In this document: positions 36,527-50,549 of the stretch, in pieces
Layout: each line of letters begins with the position of its first letter
Numbering within the stretch: the stretch's first letter is position 1
Assembly (NCBI RefSeq): GCF_964213995.1
Contig: NC_135825.1
Location: 52,266,001-52,330,000 of the forward strand
Direction of reading: 5' to 3'
From: Mustelus asterias
Taxonomy: Eukaryota
Length of the DNA: 64,000 bases
Translations under genes and position numbers: made by a program
Notes under the pieces: generated by a model
What the model was told of the DNA's origin: nothing
Database searches by the model: none
Seen by the model: only the letters and a program-made list of their open reading frames with translations

Positions 36527-38865
36527 TCCTTGTACAGTGTTAAAGGTGGTCGGGAGTAGATGGGGCGGCTGGGGGTGGGTTGGGGGGGAGGCCGCGGGGG
36601 GTGTTAGTGTTAGTGGTGAGTGAGGCTGTAGTCATTAGCATCAACTCAGAAAATAACCTTCATATAAACCTCAAAACAGACAACTATTGTGGGGAGAATA
36701 CTTAGGTGTGCTGGGATTGCTGCGGACAGTTAGTGGATGGACGGGAAACCTTTTTGATTTCGTTCAGGGAATTTGGGCATTCTTAGCAAGGCCAACGTTA
36801 ACACACCAGGATGGTAGGGAGTGGGATAGCTTGATCTTGGTTTCAGATGAAGGTCGGCACAACATCGTGGGCCGAAGGGCCTGTTCTGTGCTGTACTGTT
36901 CTATGTTCTATGTTGTTCTTAACTGTCCAACCCTGGCTGTCCATAAGAAGGTGATGGTGGTGGACCTTCTTCTTAAATCACCTGAATCTGTGTGGCGAAG
37001 GTGCTTTAACAATGTTGACAGTGGGGGAGTGCCAGCATTATGACCCAGCAACAATGAAATCGATTAGACCATGTTCATAGAGTGCTGTTATTGATGGCAG
37101 TGGATCTGACAGGCCGCTGGTTATGAGTGGAGTCCCTCAGACTGGGTCTGTCCAACGCTGAGCTAAAGAACAACTTGCATGGCAGCAGACAGAAATGTGG
37201 CCAAGAGGGTTGGGTTCAATGGGAGGCATATCGAGAATGGGCAAGCTGATTTAAATAAGAATGAGCCTGTGCTTCGTCACTTAATGTGAACAAATGCAAC
37301 GTCAGGAATGTGGAGTTCGGATACTTTGGGCAGGTCGATACTTGTTCAAACGAAATAGGTCAGGAAGAAGGGTTGGGAGTAGTAATTGATCACCCTTCAA
37401 ATTAAAGAAACCCACGCAGTGTGAGCTTGTTATAACGCATTGGGCTGCATTGCTATGACTGTTGTGTACAAAACAAAGAAAACTTGATGCATTTGGAGTG
37501 TTTTGTCTCTGCTTCAGAGGGCTGCAGGACGGCTAGATGTTGTCAGCGGGCTCCTCCTTGGGTTAAAGAATATCTCACTAAGAGGAAACCTGTGCCCCCA
37601 CCCCGAGCCCTTTGGGAGGCTCCCAGAACTCACTGGATGGTTCTGCCCCCCCCCCCCCCCCCTCCCCCCCCTCTCAACCTCCCCACTGTTGCCAGAATGC
37701 CAGGCATGGTGGAAAGGGGGCCTTAGTTGGTCGTCAGTTTGGAGTGGTATTTCTCAGGTGTAACTGCGATCTCCTGGAATCCATCTGATTACCTCAGACA
37801 CCGTTTTCCAGAATTTTAATTACTGAGGGGGCGGGGGGGTGGGGGGGTGAGGAGCGGGGAGGGTGGTGGGGGGGAGGGATGGGAGGGGTGGGCAGTAGGG
37901 AGTTTGGGACGGGGTACAGGGAATGGCGATGGCCATGTATGAGTTCACATTATTGAATGGGGAGAGCTGGATGGGCCTTATGATCTCCCTGTGAAACGTT
38001 CTCTGTCCAGAGATATAGCCTTGATCAGAAAGGAGTGTTCACATTTTTTTATTTAGCTTAACAGCCCACGGGGGAGAGAAAGAGAGAGAGAGGTGGGGTG
38101 GAAGTGGAGAGGAGTTTTAATTTTGGTACAAAATTATCTCAGCCAGAAGAGAGACACACGCTCAGGAATAAACCTCGGATAAGGTACAAGTGTTACGTAA
38201 GAAGCTATTACACGAGAGGTGAAAAGAATGAAGCACATTCTTCAGAGCATTAGTCACAATCAAATCAGATATGGTTTCCCAGAAATAAGGGTGGACAATC
38301 TCTTTCTCGTAAACCTTATAAACCGGTTTGGCCACTCTGATTTCTCAAAGCATGTCATTACTGAATTCTATTTTTTTAATTACAAGATGCATAAATGCCT
38401 TAAATCTCAGTATAATGCAGATTATTTACAATATTAGCGCACATCATTGTGCCTTCCGAGGTATTCTGATTTAGAGGCTTGAGAATCAATGATAGAGACT
38501 GGTTCCAACCCATGGACAATGGCCTCCTTCTCATTTCTGACACATTTTTATTGGTGATATCAAACACACTTGTTCCTGCAGTTGCCATCCATGTGCTGGA
38601 GTTAAGCCAACACCACGAAAATGCATTGATGACAGTCCTGATTATAGACAGCAGGTTCATTTAGTACGCATGCACTTGCGTATATCTTTGTAGAGTCAGT
38701 GTGCTTAGGGTATATCTCAGTCAGCCATTTGGACAGTGCCCCTTCACGGACATGACCACATGCACCTCCCTCCTCTTGCCCACTCCATCACCCCCCGCGG
38801 CCTCCCCCCCAACCCACCCCCAGCCACCCCATCTACTCCCGACCACCTTTAACACTGTACAAGGA
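36527..38865. repeat. 77-bp inverted repeat pair (36527-36603 / 38789-38865)
   Basis: TCCTTGTACAGTGTTAAAGGTGGTCGGGAGTAGATGGGG...GCCGCGGGGGGTG and its reverse complement, with one mismatch. Confidence 0.9.
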
Positions 38866-39193
38866 TATCCAGTTATTCAAATAAACACACTGAAAAAGCT
38901 CAGAGGATTTTATTTGAATTCTTTATCAATCCCTCAAACTAGTCCCTGTAGTTGATTAAATTGTTTTGATTATTCTAAACCATTGGCCAAAGAGAAAACC
39001 AGCTGGTTTGGTGTCTACTTTATACAAATCACAGCGCATGTGACAGGAGACCAAGTAATGGGTAGTGCCCCTACTGCTGGACCAGAAGCTCCAGGTTCGA
39101 GTCCAACGTCAGGACTTGCTGGCCACAGAGGGGCCATTCGTAACGTGGTTCAATGGGCTGATAATCAGTTTGGGAATCCTTCCCCACTGTTCC

Positions 39194-39383
39194 NNNNNNN
39201 NNNNNNNNNNNNNNNNNNNNNNNNNNNNNNNNNNNNNNNNNNNNNNNNNNNNNNNNNNNNNNNNNNNNNNNNNNNNNNNNNNNNNNNNNNNNNNNNNNNN
39301 NNNNNNNNNNNNNNNNNNNNNNNNNNNNNNNNNNNNNNNNNNNNNNNNNNNNNNNNNNNNNNNNNNNNNNNNNNNNNNNNNNN
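39194..39383. other. Assembly gap (190 N)
   Basis: Run of N. Confidence 1.
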
Positions 39384-39414
39384 AGACCATGTGACAGAAC
39401 AGGAACTCTGGTAC

Positions 39415-40178
39415 CTACATGGAGACTATTTTCTAAATGGGGAAATGCTTAGGAAATCAGAAACACAAAGGGCCTTGGGAGTCATTGTTCAAGATTCTCT
39501 TAAGGTTAATGTGCAGGTTCAGTCGGCAGTTAGGAAGGCAAATGCAATGTTAGCGTTCATGTCGAGAGGGCTAGAATACAAGAGCAGGGATGTACTTCTG
39601 AGGCTGTATAAAGCTCTGGTCAGATCCCATTTGGAGTGTTGTGAGCAGTTTTGGGCCCCATATCTAAGGAAGGATGTGCTGGCCTTGGAAAGGGTCCAGA
39701 GGAGGTTCACAAGAATGATCCCTGGAATGAAGAGCTTGTTATGAGGAATGGCTGAGGACTCTGGGTCTGTTCTCGGAGTTTAGAAGGATGAGGGGGGATC
39801 TTATTGAAACTTACAGGATACTGCGAGGCCTGGATAGAGTGGATGTGGAGAGGATGTTTCCACTAGTAGGAAAAGCTAGAACCAGGGGGCACAACCTCAG
39901 GCTAAAGGGACGATCCTTTAAAACAGAGATGAGGAGGAATTTTTTCAGCCAGAGAGTGGTGAATCTGTAGAACTCTTTGCCGCAGAAGGCTGTGGAGGCC
40001 AGGTCATTGAGTGTCCTTAAGACAGAGATAGATAGTTTCTTGATTAATAAGGGGATCAGGGGTTATGGAGAGAAGGCAGGAGAATGGGGATGAGAAAAAT
40101 ATCAGCCATGATTGAATGGCGGAGCAGACTCGATGGGCCGAGTGGCCTAATTCTGCTCCATGTCTTATGGTCTTATTT
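39415..40178 (+). mobile_element. CR1 3' fragment
   Basis: KALVRSHLECCEQFWAP and RNFFSQRVVNL; (TCTTATGG) tail. Confidence 0.9.
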
Positions 40179-40319
40179 GCAAAGAATCTAAATAAAATCC
40201 TCCGAGCTTTTGAGTGTGTTTATTTGCATTATTGAATATTTTTGTAAATTTGAAATGCAAACAGAAAACACTGGGGGGAGGGGGAAGAGTCATGTTCTGA
40301 GATTTCCAGCTTTCACATC

Positions 40320-40960
40320 ATCTCAGTGTTCCCAAGAGCGCAGGGTGCAAAAGACTGCACTAATGTGGCTGTATGGGCTCCATGACAGCAGCTCCTAATG
40401 TTTAGAAACTGCAAGAATTACCATTCCATCGATGTACAACCGGTGAGTGACCAGCAGATGCTGCACAGCTGCGCAAGGTATCCCGGGAGTTTCTATAGCT
40501 CCTACTTCCTGAATCGTTCTCAAAGGCCTGAGATCCTCCAGGGGTCAGTACGTCTGCAGTGATCGCTGCTTGGGGATGAGGGGTACCCACTGGAACACCG
40601 GCTGATGATTCCGGTGTGTTGTCCTCACAGTGGTGCTGAGAGGGACAATACTCCCTGCACACGGTCCCTTATGCAGCAGACCACAGGACCACAGGAGATG
40701 CGCTTGAGCTGCTTGGCTACTCAGCTGGCTCACTGTAAGACACTCAGGGTAGGGTTTCCTGGATGATCATAATGTGCTGCACCCTTGACAATCTAGCCAT
40801 GCAAAGAGGTGAACCCTATCCAAAGGCTGAAGTGGAGGAGGTTGAGAGATCATCGGGGGATGAGGATGGGGATCCTGAGGGTCAATATGAATGCAATGGC
40901 ACCGTCGAGGAAGGAGGACATGGAAGATGCGCCCGTGATGCTTTAATAGCTGACAGCTTC
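40320..40960 (+). pseudogene. Fossil PIF/Harbinger transposase
   Basis: Manual translation gives FPRAQGAKDCTNVA, FRNCKNYHSIDVQPVSD, ARYPGS, LLGDEGYPL and IIMCCTLDNLA. Confidence 0.85.
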
Positions 40961-41310
40961 CTCGGAAGAATAACGAGGTCATATGGTCACATCTTTCCTA
41001 GCCCTCAAACTTCATTTCCTGTCACCTCAGGGGCTATCTAACCAATCACTGGAAGAATGAGTCTTATAAATCATACTTCCACGTCCTGGCCTCCTGAATC
41101 ACTAGGACATTGATGGTGTAACGCAATTATCACTGGACTAAGTTTGAAGTTTTTAAAAGTTTATGTATTAGTGTCACAAGTAGGCTTACATTAACACTGC
41201 AATGAAGTTACTGTGAAAATCCCCCGAGTGACTCAATGACTAGTGACCCAGGATAATGCTCTGGAGATCCAGGTTCGAATCCCACCATGGCAGATGGTGA
41301 AATGTGAATT

Positions 41311-41955
41311 AGAACATAGAACATAGAACATAGAACATAGAACATAGAACATAGAACATAGAACATAGAACATAGAACATAGAACATAGAACATAGAACA
41401 TAGAACATAGAACATTACAGCGCAGAACAGGCCCTTCGGCCCACGATGTTGCACCGACCAGTTAAAAAAAAAACTGTGACCCTCCAACCTAAACCAATTT
41501 CTTTTCGTCCATGAACCTATCTACGGATCTCTTAAACGCCCCCAAACTAGGCGCATTTACTACTGATGCTGGCAGGGCATTCCAATCCCTCACCACCCTC
41601 TGGGTAAAGAACCTACCCCTGACATCGGTTCTATAACTACCCCCCCTCAATTTAAAGCCATGCCCCCTCGTGCTGGATTTCTCCATCAGAGGAAAAAGGC
41701 TATCACTATCCACCCTATCTAAACCTCTAATCATCTTATATGTTTCAATAAGATCCCCTCTTAGCCGCCGCCTTTCCAGCGAAAACAATCCCAAATCCCT
41801 CAGCCTCTCCTCATAGGATCTCCCCTCCATACCAGGCAACATCCTGGTAAACCTCCTCTGCACCCTCTCCAAAGCCTCCACATCCTTCCTGTAATGTGGG
41901 GACCAGAACTGCACACAGTACTCCAAGTGCGGCCGCACCAGAGTTGTGTACAGTT
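41311..41955 (-). mobile_element. CR1 3' fragment with an expanded (ATGTTCT)~15 tail, inserted in a SINE
   Basis: ORF 41489-41938; AGAACAT array at 41311-41415. Confidence 0.92.
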
Positions 41956-42049
41956 CAGAAACATTCTGGAATTAGAAGTCTAATGATGACCATGAAACCA
42001 TTGTTAGAAACCCATCTGGTTCACTGATGCCCTTTAGGGAAGGAAATAA

Positions 42050-43530
42050 GTTCATAAGATATAGGAGTAGAATGAGGCCATTTGGCCCATCGAGTCCGCT
42101 CTGCCATTCGATCATGGCCGATATGCGCCTCATCCCCATTTTCCTGCCTTCTCCCCATAATCCTTCAACCCATTACCCATTAAAAATCGAACTCCTCCTT
42201 AAATTTACTCACTGTCCCAGCATCCACCGCACTTTGGGGTAGCGAATTCCACAGATTAACAACCTTTTGGGAGAAATAGTTTCTCCTCAACTCTGTTTTA
42301 AATTTGCTACCCCTTATCCTAAGACGATGACCTCTCGTCCTCGAATGCCCCATTCTACGTCTACTTTATCCACACCTTTTATCATCTTGTACACCTCAAT
42401 TTGATCTCCCCTCATTTTTCTAAATTCCAGAGAGTGTCGGCCTAAACTGTTCAATCTCTTTTCACACGACAAACTCCTCATCTCTGGAATCAATCTAGTG
42501 AACCTCCTCTGAACTGCCTCCAATACCACTACATCTTTCCTCAAATACGGGGACCAAAACTGTGCACAATACTCCAGGTGCGGCCTCACCAATGCCTTGT
42601 ATAATTGCAACAATACTTCCTTACCTTTATATTCTATTCCTTTAACTATAAATGCCAACATTCCATTCACTTTCTTTATTATCTGCTGTATCTGCATGCT
42701 AGTTTTCTGTGACTCATGAATGAGGACACTCAGATCCCTCTGCACTGGAGCACCCCGAAGTCTCGCCCCAATTAGACAATAAGTCGCCTTCCCATTTTTC
42801 TGACCAAAATGCATGACCTCACACTTATCCATCTGCCACATTTTGGCCCACTCTCCTAACCTATCTATATCCATTTGTAAGGTTCTTATTTCCTCATTGC
42901 ACCTTACTGTCCTGCCTATTTTTGCGTCTTCTGCAAATTTGGCTATCGGGCCTTCTATCCCTGTATTCAAGTCATTAATATAGATTGTAAATAGCTGGGG
43001 CCCAAGGACTGAACCCTGTGATCCCACTAGTTACTTCCTGCCATCCAGAAAAAAACCCCATCTATCCCGACTCTTGTCTTCTGTCCATCAGCCAGTCACC
43101 TATCCAAGCTAATGAATTACCCTAATCCCATGTGATCTAACCTTGTGAATTAACCTTTTGTGTGGCACCTTATCAAATGCCTTCCGGAAGTCCAGATATA
43201 CTACATCTACAGGATCCCCATTATCCACTTTGCTTGTTACGTCTTCAAAGAACCCTAGCAAATTAGTCAAACATGAGTTTCCCTTCATAAAACCATGCTG
43301 ACTCTGATGGATAGCGTTTTGACTTTCCAAATGTTCTGATATTGCTTCCTTGATAATTGTTCTAACATTTTCCCAACAACAGATGTTAAACTAACTGGTC
43401 TGTAATTTCCCACATTTTGCCTCCCTCCCTTTTTGAATAAGGGCATTACTTTAGCATTTTTCCAATCCACTGGAACTTTTCCCGTGTCAAGGGAATTTTG
43501 GAATATTATAACCAATGGATCCACTATCTC
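42050..43530 (-). mobile_element. Truncated CR1 LINE (RT region), disrupted
   Basis: YRPVSLTSVVGK, QHGF..SCLTNLL, YLDFRKAFDKVPH and QGSVLGP in ORFs 43285-43551, 43109-43330 and 42314-43027. Confidence 0.92.
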
Positions 43531-43542
43531 CACCTGGAATTG

Positions 43543-43820
43543 GGGTGGCACGGTGGCACAGTGGTTAGCACTGCTGCCTTACAGTGCCCAGGACCCATGT
43601 TCAGTTCCTGGCTTGGGTCACTGTCTGTGTGGAGATTGCATGTTCTCCCTGTGTGGGTTTCCTCCGGGTACTCCAATTTCCTCCCACAGTCCAAAGATGT
43701 GCTGGTTATGTGCATTGGCCATGCTAAATTCTCCTTCAGTGTACCCGAACAGGCGCAGAGTGTGGCGACTAGGGGATTTTCACAGTAACTGTAAGTCTAC
43801 TTGTGACAAATAAATTAACT
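43543..43820 (+). mobile_element. HE1-like SINE with alternative tail
   Basis: Head, core and alternative tail. Confidence 0.85.
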
Positions 43821-46279
43821 TTAATTTAATTTAAGTGAGATTCCTTCATTCTGACCAACAGGAAGGGCGTCACCAGAATCACACATATCACACACCACCG
43901 CGCTTAGACAAAATTGGAAAATTCCACCCAATATTGTGACTCTGATATGAGCCTTCTTCGGAACCCTTGCAGAGTCTGAGCATGGGAGTATGGACAGGGT
44001 GAGTAGGGAGCAACTGTTCCCCTTGGTTGAGGGGTCAATCATGAGGGGGCACACTTTTATTCAGAGATCCCGAGGAGATTTGAGAAAAAGCTTTTGCTCA
44101 GAGGGCTGTGAGAATCAGCAATGCACTGCCTGGGAAGGCCGGAAACCTTACAACCTTAAATATATTTGGATAAGCTCTTGGAATATCATGATATTCAAGT
44201 GCAGGAAAATGGGATTAGCGCACCTTTAGTGGTAGTTATTGTCGATGCAGACTGGATGAGCCAAAGAGCCTTTTCTGCACTGTATGACTCTATGGGTGGA
44301 AGTGTCTCATCCCACCCGCCATGGGAATTGTAGCGGGCAGGATACGGACCATGTAAAGGTCCATTGACCCTGGGTGGGATTTTCCGGCTTTGGGGCGAAC
44401 ACGGCCTATGACTCTATGACATTGCCTCTCCCAAGATACAGGTAGGTATAGCCAGGTAGTGAGAGCTAAGTAAACCCTTGTAGAACAGAAGGCCATTTCC
44501 CCAAGGTGACAGAGCCAATGTTAATTAGTGGACTAGAAAGACCAGCAAACTCACCATCGGAATTATCATGTTAATACAAATAAAAATACAAGAAGTTACA
44601 GTGATCTTTCACTCTCAATGGATGAACTCTTTAATCTGCTATGACTCAATTGTTCTATTTAAAATGAGGTTATTTCAAAATTGTTCCAGAGTGTACCATG
44701 ACGTGGACCATTAAGTAATATTTGTCATGATTTTGTTTTCATTCTAGTTCACTTTCCCACCATTGGAACCTGGAATTGCATTTTTAACCGGCAATGCAGT
44801 AAGGAACAGCTACAATAATATTGCTAAATTTGACCCAAGTCAACTGGTGAAAGATGGTGAAACGGGCTAATTAAAAGGCGAGCCTTACATTTGATATTAT
44901 AATAATATTTAGATTTAAATTAAACACTGATTAAGCAACTGCCCTACCTACACCCATTTCAAGAGTCAGTCATGAGATGGAGCTAACATGAGCCCTTTGG
45001 CATCATTATTATGCAACTTGCATAGATCCAGAAGGCCCAAAGCAGAACTGCAAACAGATAATATCCTGACTTCCAGCAATTAAGACATTAATATAAGTGG
45101 AAAATTAAGATGACACACCCACACACTAGTCCCAGTATCCAAATTATCCTATACTGAAGACGTGTAAGGAATAGCACAAGTCTTTAACAGATGAATGGGA
45201 GCTGAGTTTAGACTGATTTAATTAGAGTGAATGTGTCACAGCTAAATAATAACTTCATAACATTGTGAAGAATAATGCCCACGTGCCCACGCATTTTCAT
45301 TTCCGACTCCTGCCCTTCTTAATCGCGGTTCAGCTCGCAAAACTGCAGCTGAAGTCACAACGGTGTTGAGAAAATGAAATGAATCTGCCTCCTGGAGCAG
45401 GCCGCCTTCTGACAATGTGTCTGAGAGACTTGTAGCAGTGCCGCTGGAGTGAGGTACTGAGGATTAGGGGAATGGGGGAGGGGGGGGGGTTAAAACATTC
45501 AATACTTGGTGACTCCTTGTATCTTGAAGCTGTGCCCAGCCCACCACACCCCACATGAACGTTGGCAAACCTCCTATCAGTGGAGAGTCCCATCATGACC
45601 CTCCCCCCAATACCCATAGAAACATATAAACAAGGCGCATGAATCGGCCACTCAGCTTCTCCAGTCTGTCCCGACATTTTGTAAAAATGATTTGTTCATG
45701 GAATTTGGGCTGGGTCAGCATTTATTGCCCATCCCTGTGGGCATTTAAAAGTCAGCTGCATTGCTGTGGATCTGGAGTCAGGTGTAGGACAGGATGGCAA
45801 ATTTCCTTCCCTGAAAAAAACATTTTCCAAACAATCTTTTAATTCCAGATTTTTAATCAAACTATCTTCTGTGGCGGGATTTGAACCCGGGACCCCAGAG
45901 CATTTTCCCTGTGTTACTACTCCAGGGACAATACCACTACACCACTGACCACCACCCCCCCGGTTTTATTTAGTAAGATCATGGTTGATCTGATAGCACC
46001 CTGTCTACTCCCAATAACCTGTCATCCCTTGAAGAGAGTTCCAAAGACTCAAGGCCCTTATAGTGAAAAAAAATGGCTTTCCATTTTAAGCAGTGACTCC
46101 TAGTTTTAGACATGCAAACTCCAAACAGCTAGTCACCCAAAGCTGGCATTGAACCCGGGTCCCTGGAGCTGTGAGGCAGCAACCACTGTCCCACCGTGCA
46201 CACAGTTTCCATAAGGGGCATTGAATGTCAGTCAAAGTAAGCAAATGCTAGATCTCAAAATTAAACATGTGGCATTTGA

Positions 46280-46630
46280 ATCACAGAAATCACAGAAACC
46301 CTACAGTGCAGAAAGAGGCCATTTGGCCCATCGGGTCTGCACCGACCACAATCCCACCCAGGCCCTACCCCCATATCCCTACATATTTACCCGTAATCCC
46401 TCTAACCTACACATCTCAGGACACTAAGGGGCAATTTTAGCATGGCCAATCAACTTAACCCGCACATCTTTGGACTGTGGGAGGAAACCGGAGCACCCGG
46501 AGGAAACCCACGCTGACACGAGGAGAATGTGCAAACTCCACACAGACAGTGACCCGAGCCGGGAATCGAACCCAGGTCCCTGGAGCTGTGAAGCAGCAGT
46601 GCTAACCACTGTGCTACCGTGCCGCCCCTA
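46280..46630 (-). mobile_element. HE1-like SINE (CR1-type tail)
   Basis: Complete copy. Confidence 0.9.
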
Positions 46631-46824
46631 CACACAATCACAGGGCGGGATTTTACAACGTCGCTCGAGCGAGACCGGAAATTCCTGCCTGAGGTCAAAT
46701 ACATTTCCGTTGTCGGACCCTCGCCCACTCCGATTCCATGGTGGGCGAGGTTGTAGAGTTCCAGCAACAGAGTCATTCATTGTCCCAGCTAAGACAAAAA
46801 ATATTAAAGGCTAGAAATTCATAG

Positions 46825-47300
46825 CAGGGGCTACAGTTTAAGCAGCAAAACAGTTGTTTGAGGAGACCAAAGCCTTACTCTGTGATGTTGTGGGACACTC
46901 CATAGCTCTCACTGAAGGTCCCTGTGTGTGGGATGGTGAAAGGAGGTTCATCAGCCATATTTGGAGAGGGTAGCCCTTGTCACAAAGCAGCCATTCTCCA
47001 GCGCATCTTGGAGGTCTGAAATAGGAGGCAGTGTGGGAAAATGCCCAGGTAACAGAAACACATCAAGATGAATTCCATGCTGTGGTTACACACCAGCTGC
47101 ATGGTCAGAGAGTGGTAGCCCTGCTGGTTCCTGTATCGAACCCCGTCAACATTGGGGAGCCTGCAGGGTCGCATGCATGTAGCTGGTGGCACCCTACACC
47201 ATCAGGAAGCCCGCTATCCAGGCTGTATGTACAACATGCCCGAAGGGAAGGGTCTGGCTACAGGGGGCATGCAGGTGAATGGCAGCCAACTCGTGACTTC
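46825..47300 (-). pseudogene. Fossil PIF/Harbinger transposase
   Basis: AGFLMV*GATSYMH, YRNQQGYHSLTMQLVCNH, DKGYPLQIWLM and AFGLLKQLFCCL across frames. Confidence 0.8.
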
Positions 47301-50300
47301 AAACCCCATTATCCAGGGAGAAGGGACCTGCCTGACAGGGGCTCCTGTGGTTAGTCTTTCCATTACGACAGGCCCTCTATCGAGGGCAGTGGAGGTAAGT
47401 GTAACTGAGGGGTTTCCGACACTTGGTTCTCACCATTCTTATCAGAGGGCAACATCTTTATGTACAGGTATGTATTAGGGGCAGGAATACCCATCCTTGC
47501 TCTATCAGGATGTCTTTCACCTGGAAGGGGTGGAGTACACACAACAACTCGCAGCAAGACTGAATCCAGGCGCCTTCCATTGAGTGTAAGCTATACAAAA
47601 CTGTTAACAAACTTTGTTCCCCTGTGCCACCAGCCCTCATTCAAAACATCTCAAATTTTCAAACCCTACCACGTTGTCCAAGTGCATTCTCAACATCTGC
47701 AGCAGAGGTGGAGGTGGCATGCTGACTTCTTCAAAATTCTTTCATGGTTTGTGGGCGTCTCTGGTTAGACCAACATTTTTATTGCCCATCCCTAATTGCC
47801 CTTGCGAAGGTGGTGGTGAGCTGTCTTCTTGAATTGCTGCAGTCCATGTGGTGTAGGTACATCCACAGTGCTGTTAGGAAGGATTTTGGCACAGCGACAG
47901 TGAAGGAACGGCAATATATTTCCAAGTCAGGATGGTGAGTGACTTGACGGGAAACCAGTAGGTGGTGGCGTTCCCATGTATCTGCTGCCCTTGTCCTTCC
48001 AGGTGGTAGAGGTCATAGGTTAAAAATAAAATTTCTGTTCCCCGTGTTGTCCTAAGGTAAAATTTTAATTTCAAATAAATTCCTGAGTCCATATTCCATG
48101 ACCATGACATTTTAAAGACTTCACCCATTTTATATGACCCTTTATTTTTTCTCTCATGAGGTACAGGCATCAAGCATCATAAAGAGTTTACCACATACAA
48201 GTTAAGATTGAAATTGGAATAATTTCAAATATTACTCCAAAGCAGCTTGGGTGTGCACATATTGGGGATTATCAGGGTATTTTTTACACGCCCATTCTTT
48301 CAATCTTTATGAGCCTTTTAACATTGCAACATATCTCACATACAAACAAGCACAGACACCGATTTAATGATAATTCTTTTCTGTTCAATGTTACTTAAAC
48401 CTTGAAGAAGGCTGTTGCCCTTTGTACGTCAAAGGGTGATCATTACTATCCATGCTTATTCAGAGTGATTTTAGGTTGACCCTAATGATTCATTACTTCA
48501 TGAACCATACACACCACCAAATCTCCTGCTTTCATTCTCTTTCAGCTGAGTTGGGTGATTTCTAATCAGAGCAAATCTGGCGGACTAACATTACCCACAG
48601 TACCTTGGGATAGGAGGGCAACAATCAACATCACCCGTTTCCATGAAGGCTATTTGATTGGACATTGGCTGAGGATACTTTGTTTTAAAGTTTATTTATT
48701 AGTGTCACAAGTAGGCTTGCATTAAGACTGCAATGAAGTTACTGTGAAAATCCCCTTTCAGATAAGATGCTGACACCAGGGTTTCGCGATCTGAGTCTCA
48801 CCATCTCTGTGGAGAGTGGGTACCTGTGCGGGCTACCAACGGACAGCTTGAGCCAAAGCGGCTTCTCGCCCATTTCCACCCAGGGTGGCTGGGAGGAGCT
48901 CCTACCTACGTACAGCACCTGCTCACGGTGCCAACACTGCCTGTGGCACCTGAGCAAGGCCAGTGTCTGCCATTTTCACAGCCAGATTGTCCACGGATGC
49001 TGCCAATGAGTAGCATACAGCAAATGACAGCTGCAGTCCACATCCGCAATCGGCAAAGAATGAAAGACAGGCAGCCTCCACTCTACTCATTGAGTGTCTT
49101 TAAGACAGAGATAGATAGGTTCTTGAGTAATAAGGGGATCAGGGGTTATGGGGAAAAGGCAGGAGAATGGGGATGAGAAAATATCAGCCACGATTGAATA
49201 GCGGAGCAGACTCAATGGGCTGAGTGGCCTAATCCTATTCCTCTGTCTCATGGTCTTGTGGTCTTATGCTCCCACTGCTAAGCCGAGCGTAAGAGTGGGC
49301 ATGCTGGAATAAAGGGGAAACTGGGTTCACAATACTCATGTGGAGCTGAGGAGGTCAGTTCTTAGCTCATTTGTACATGATGGAAGTTTCTACCTTGTTT
49401 CTACCCTGTATAATTTACCCAGTGGCAATTCATCTATCTGCAAAGGATAGATTTATTTGGATAGGTCGTCAAACTGTGAACTTGCAGTTTTAGGAAAACA
49501 AGTTAGGAATGAAAACCAGGCATTGTTTGGGCAATGGCTCAGATACTGGAATTCCGGGGCCAACGCACCTCAGTTCGGTTAACCCAGTTATCAGGTAATG
49601 AAAGACAGCACAAAGCCCTTTACTGTATTAGTAACTGCAATCTGAGCATTAATTAAACAGTGTTAGTGGGGGGTGCGGGGGTGGGGGTGGGGGGGGGGGC
49701 AGGGCAATTGCTATTAAATACTTCAGGAGTTACTATTAGTTGTCACGCAGATCTCGGTAAGTGAGAACGTTTCTGTTTTATTAAAATGAGAAAGTGACAC
49801 CATATAATAACAGCATTCTGACTTGACAACTCGTCAGTAAAGTGGCTTTGCATTAATAACACAAACAGTCCCCTAACGATTAAGGAGCTTTAATTTAGTG
49901 CAGTATGACTGCATCTTATCCATTGTATGAAGGACTTTCTGTAGACTAGTGCCAGTAATGGTGTATAATGACATTCAATTATCGATCTTGTTACCCTTTC
50001 ATTTTGTTCAATTCGTTATTGGGTGTCATGTCAAATAAAATTCATACGAAATACACCTGGGCTGATTTCTCCAGTTCTGTTGCAAATCATGTCCTTGAAG
50101 ACGCTACTTTATACAGAATGACAGGTAGCAGCATGTAGCTCACAGTCCTGCCTGCTCTTCATGTATCGTCCAGTGAACTGGCAAATCCCCAGGGAGCAAC
50201 AAACCTGTCCTCATTCAGGTAGGTTCAGGTGGCCAACATCTTCCTGGGCTATTTTTATTTACAGCCCCACCACTGACCAGGTCATGATCATTGTGGGACT

Positions 50301-50549
50301 GTTTTCAGATCCAGGTTTGAATGAGCAGAATTTAATACGAATTGCACCCATTTTTCCAACAGAAAACAGGTTCAATAATGCCGTGCTTACCAGTGGTCAG
50401 TCTGGCCTGAGGGTCGGTATGTTTGCTGAGAGCAGGTGTGGGCTCAGATGGAGGCCTGTCATGCCAACCAATCCCAGGACACATTATTGTTCCTGACTTG
50501 TTCCTCTGTTTCCCAGTGAGAATTGTCGTTTAACCCAATTTTCTTCAAC

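Noticed and set aside
38983-39744. 253-aa ORF
   Set aside because: It reads through the N gap into a CR1 fragment.
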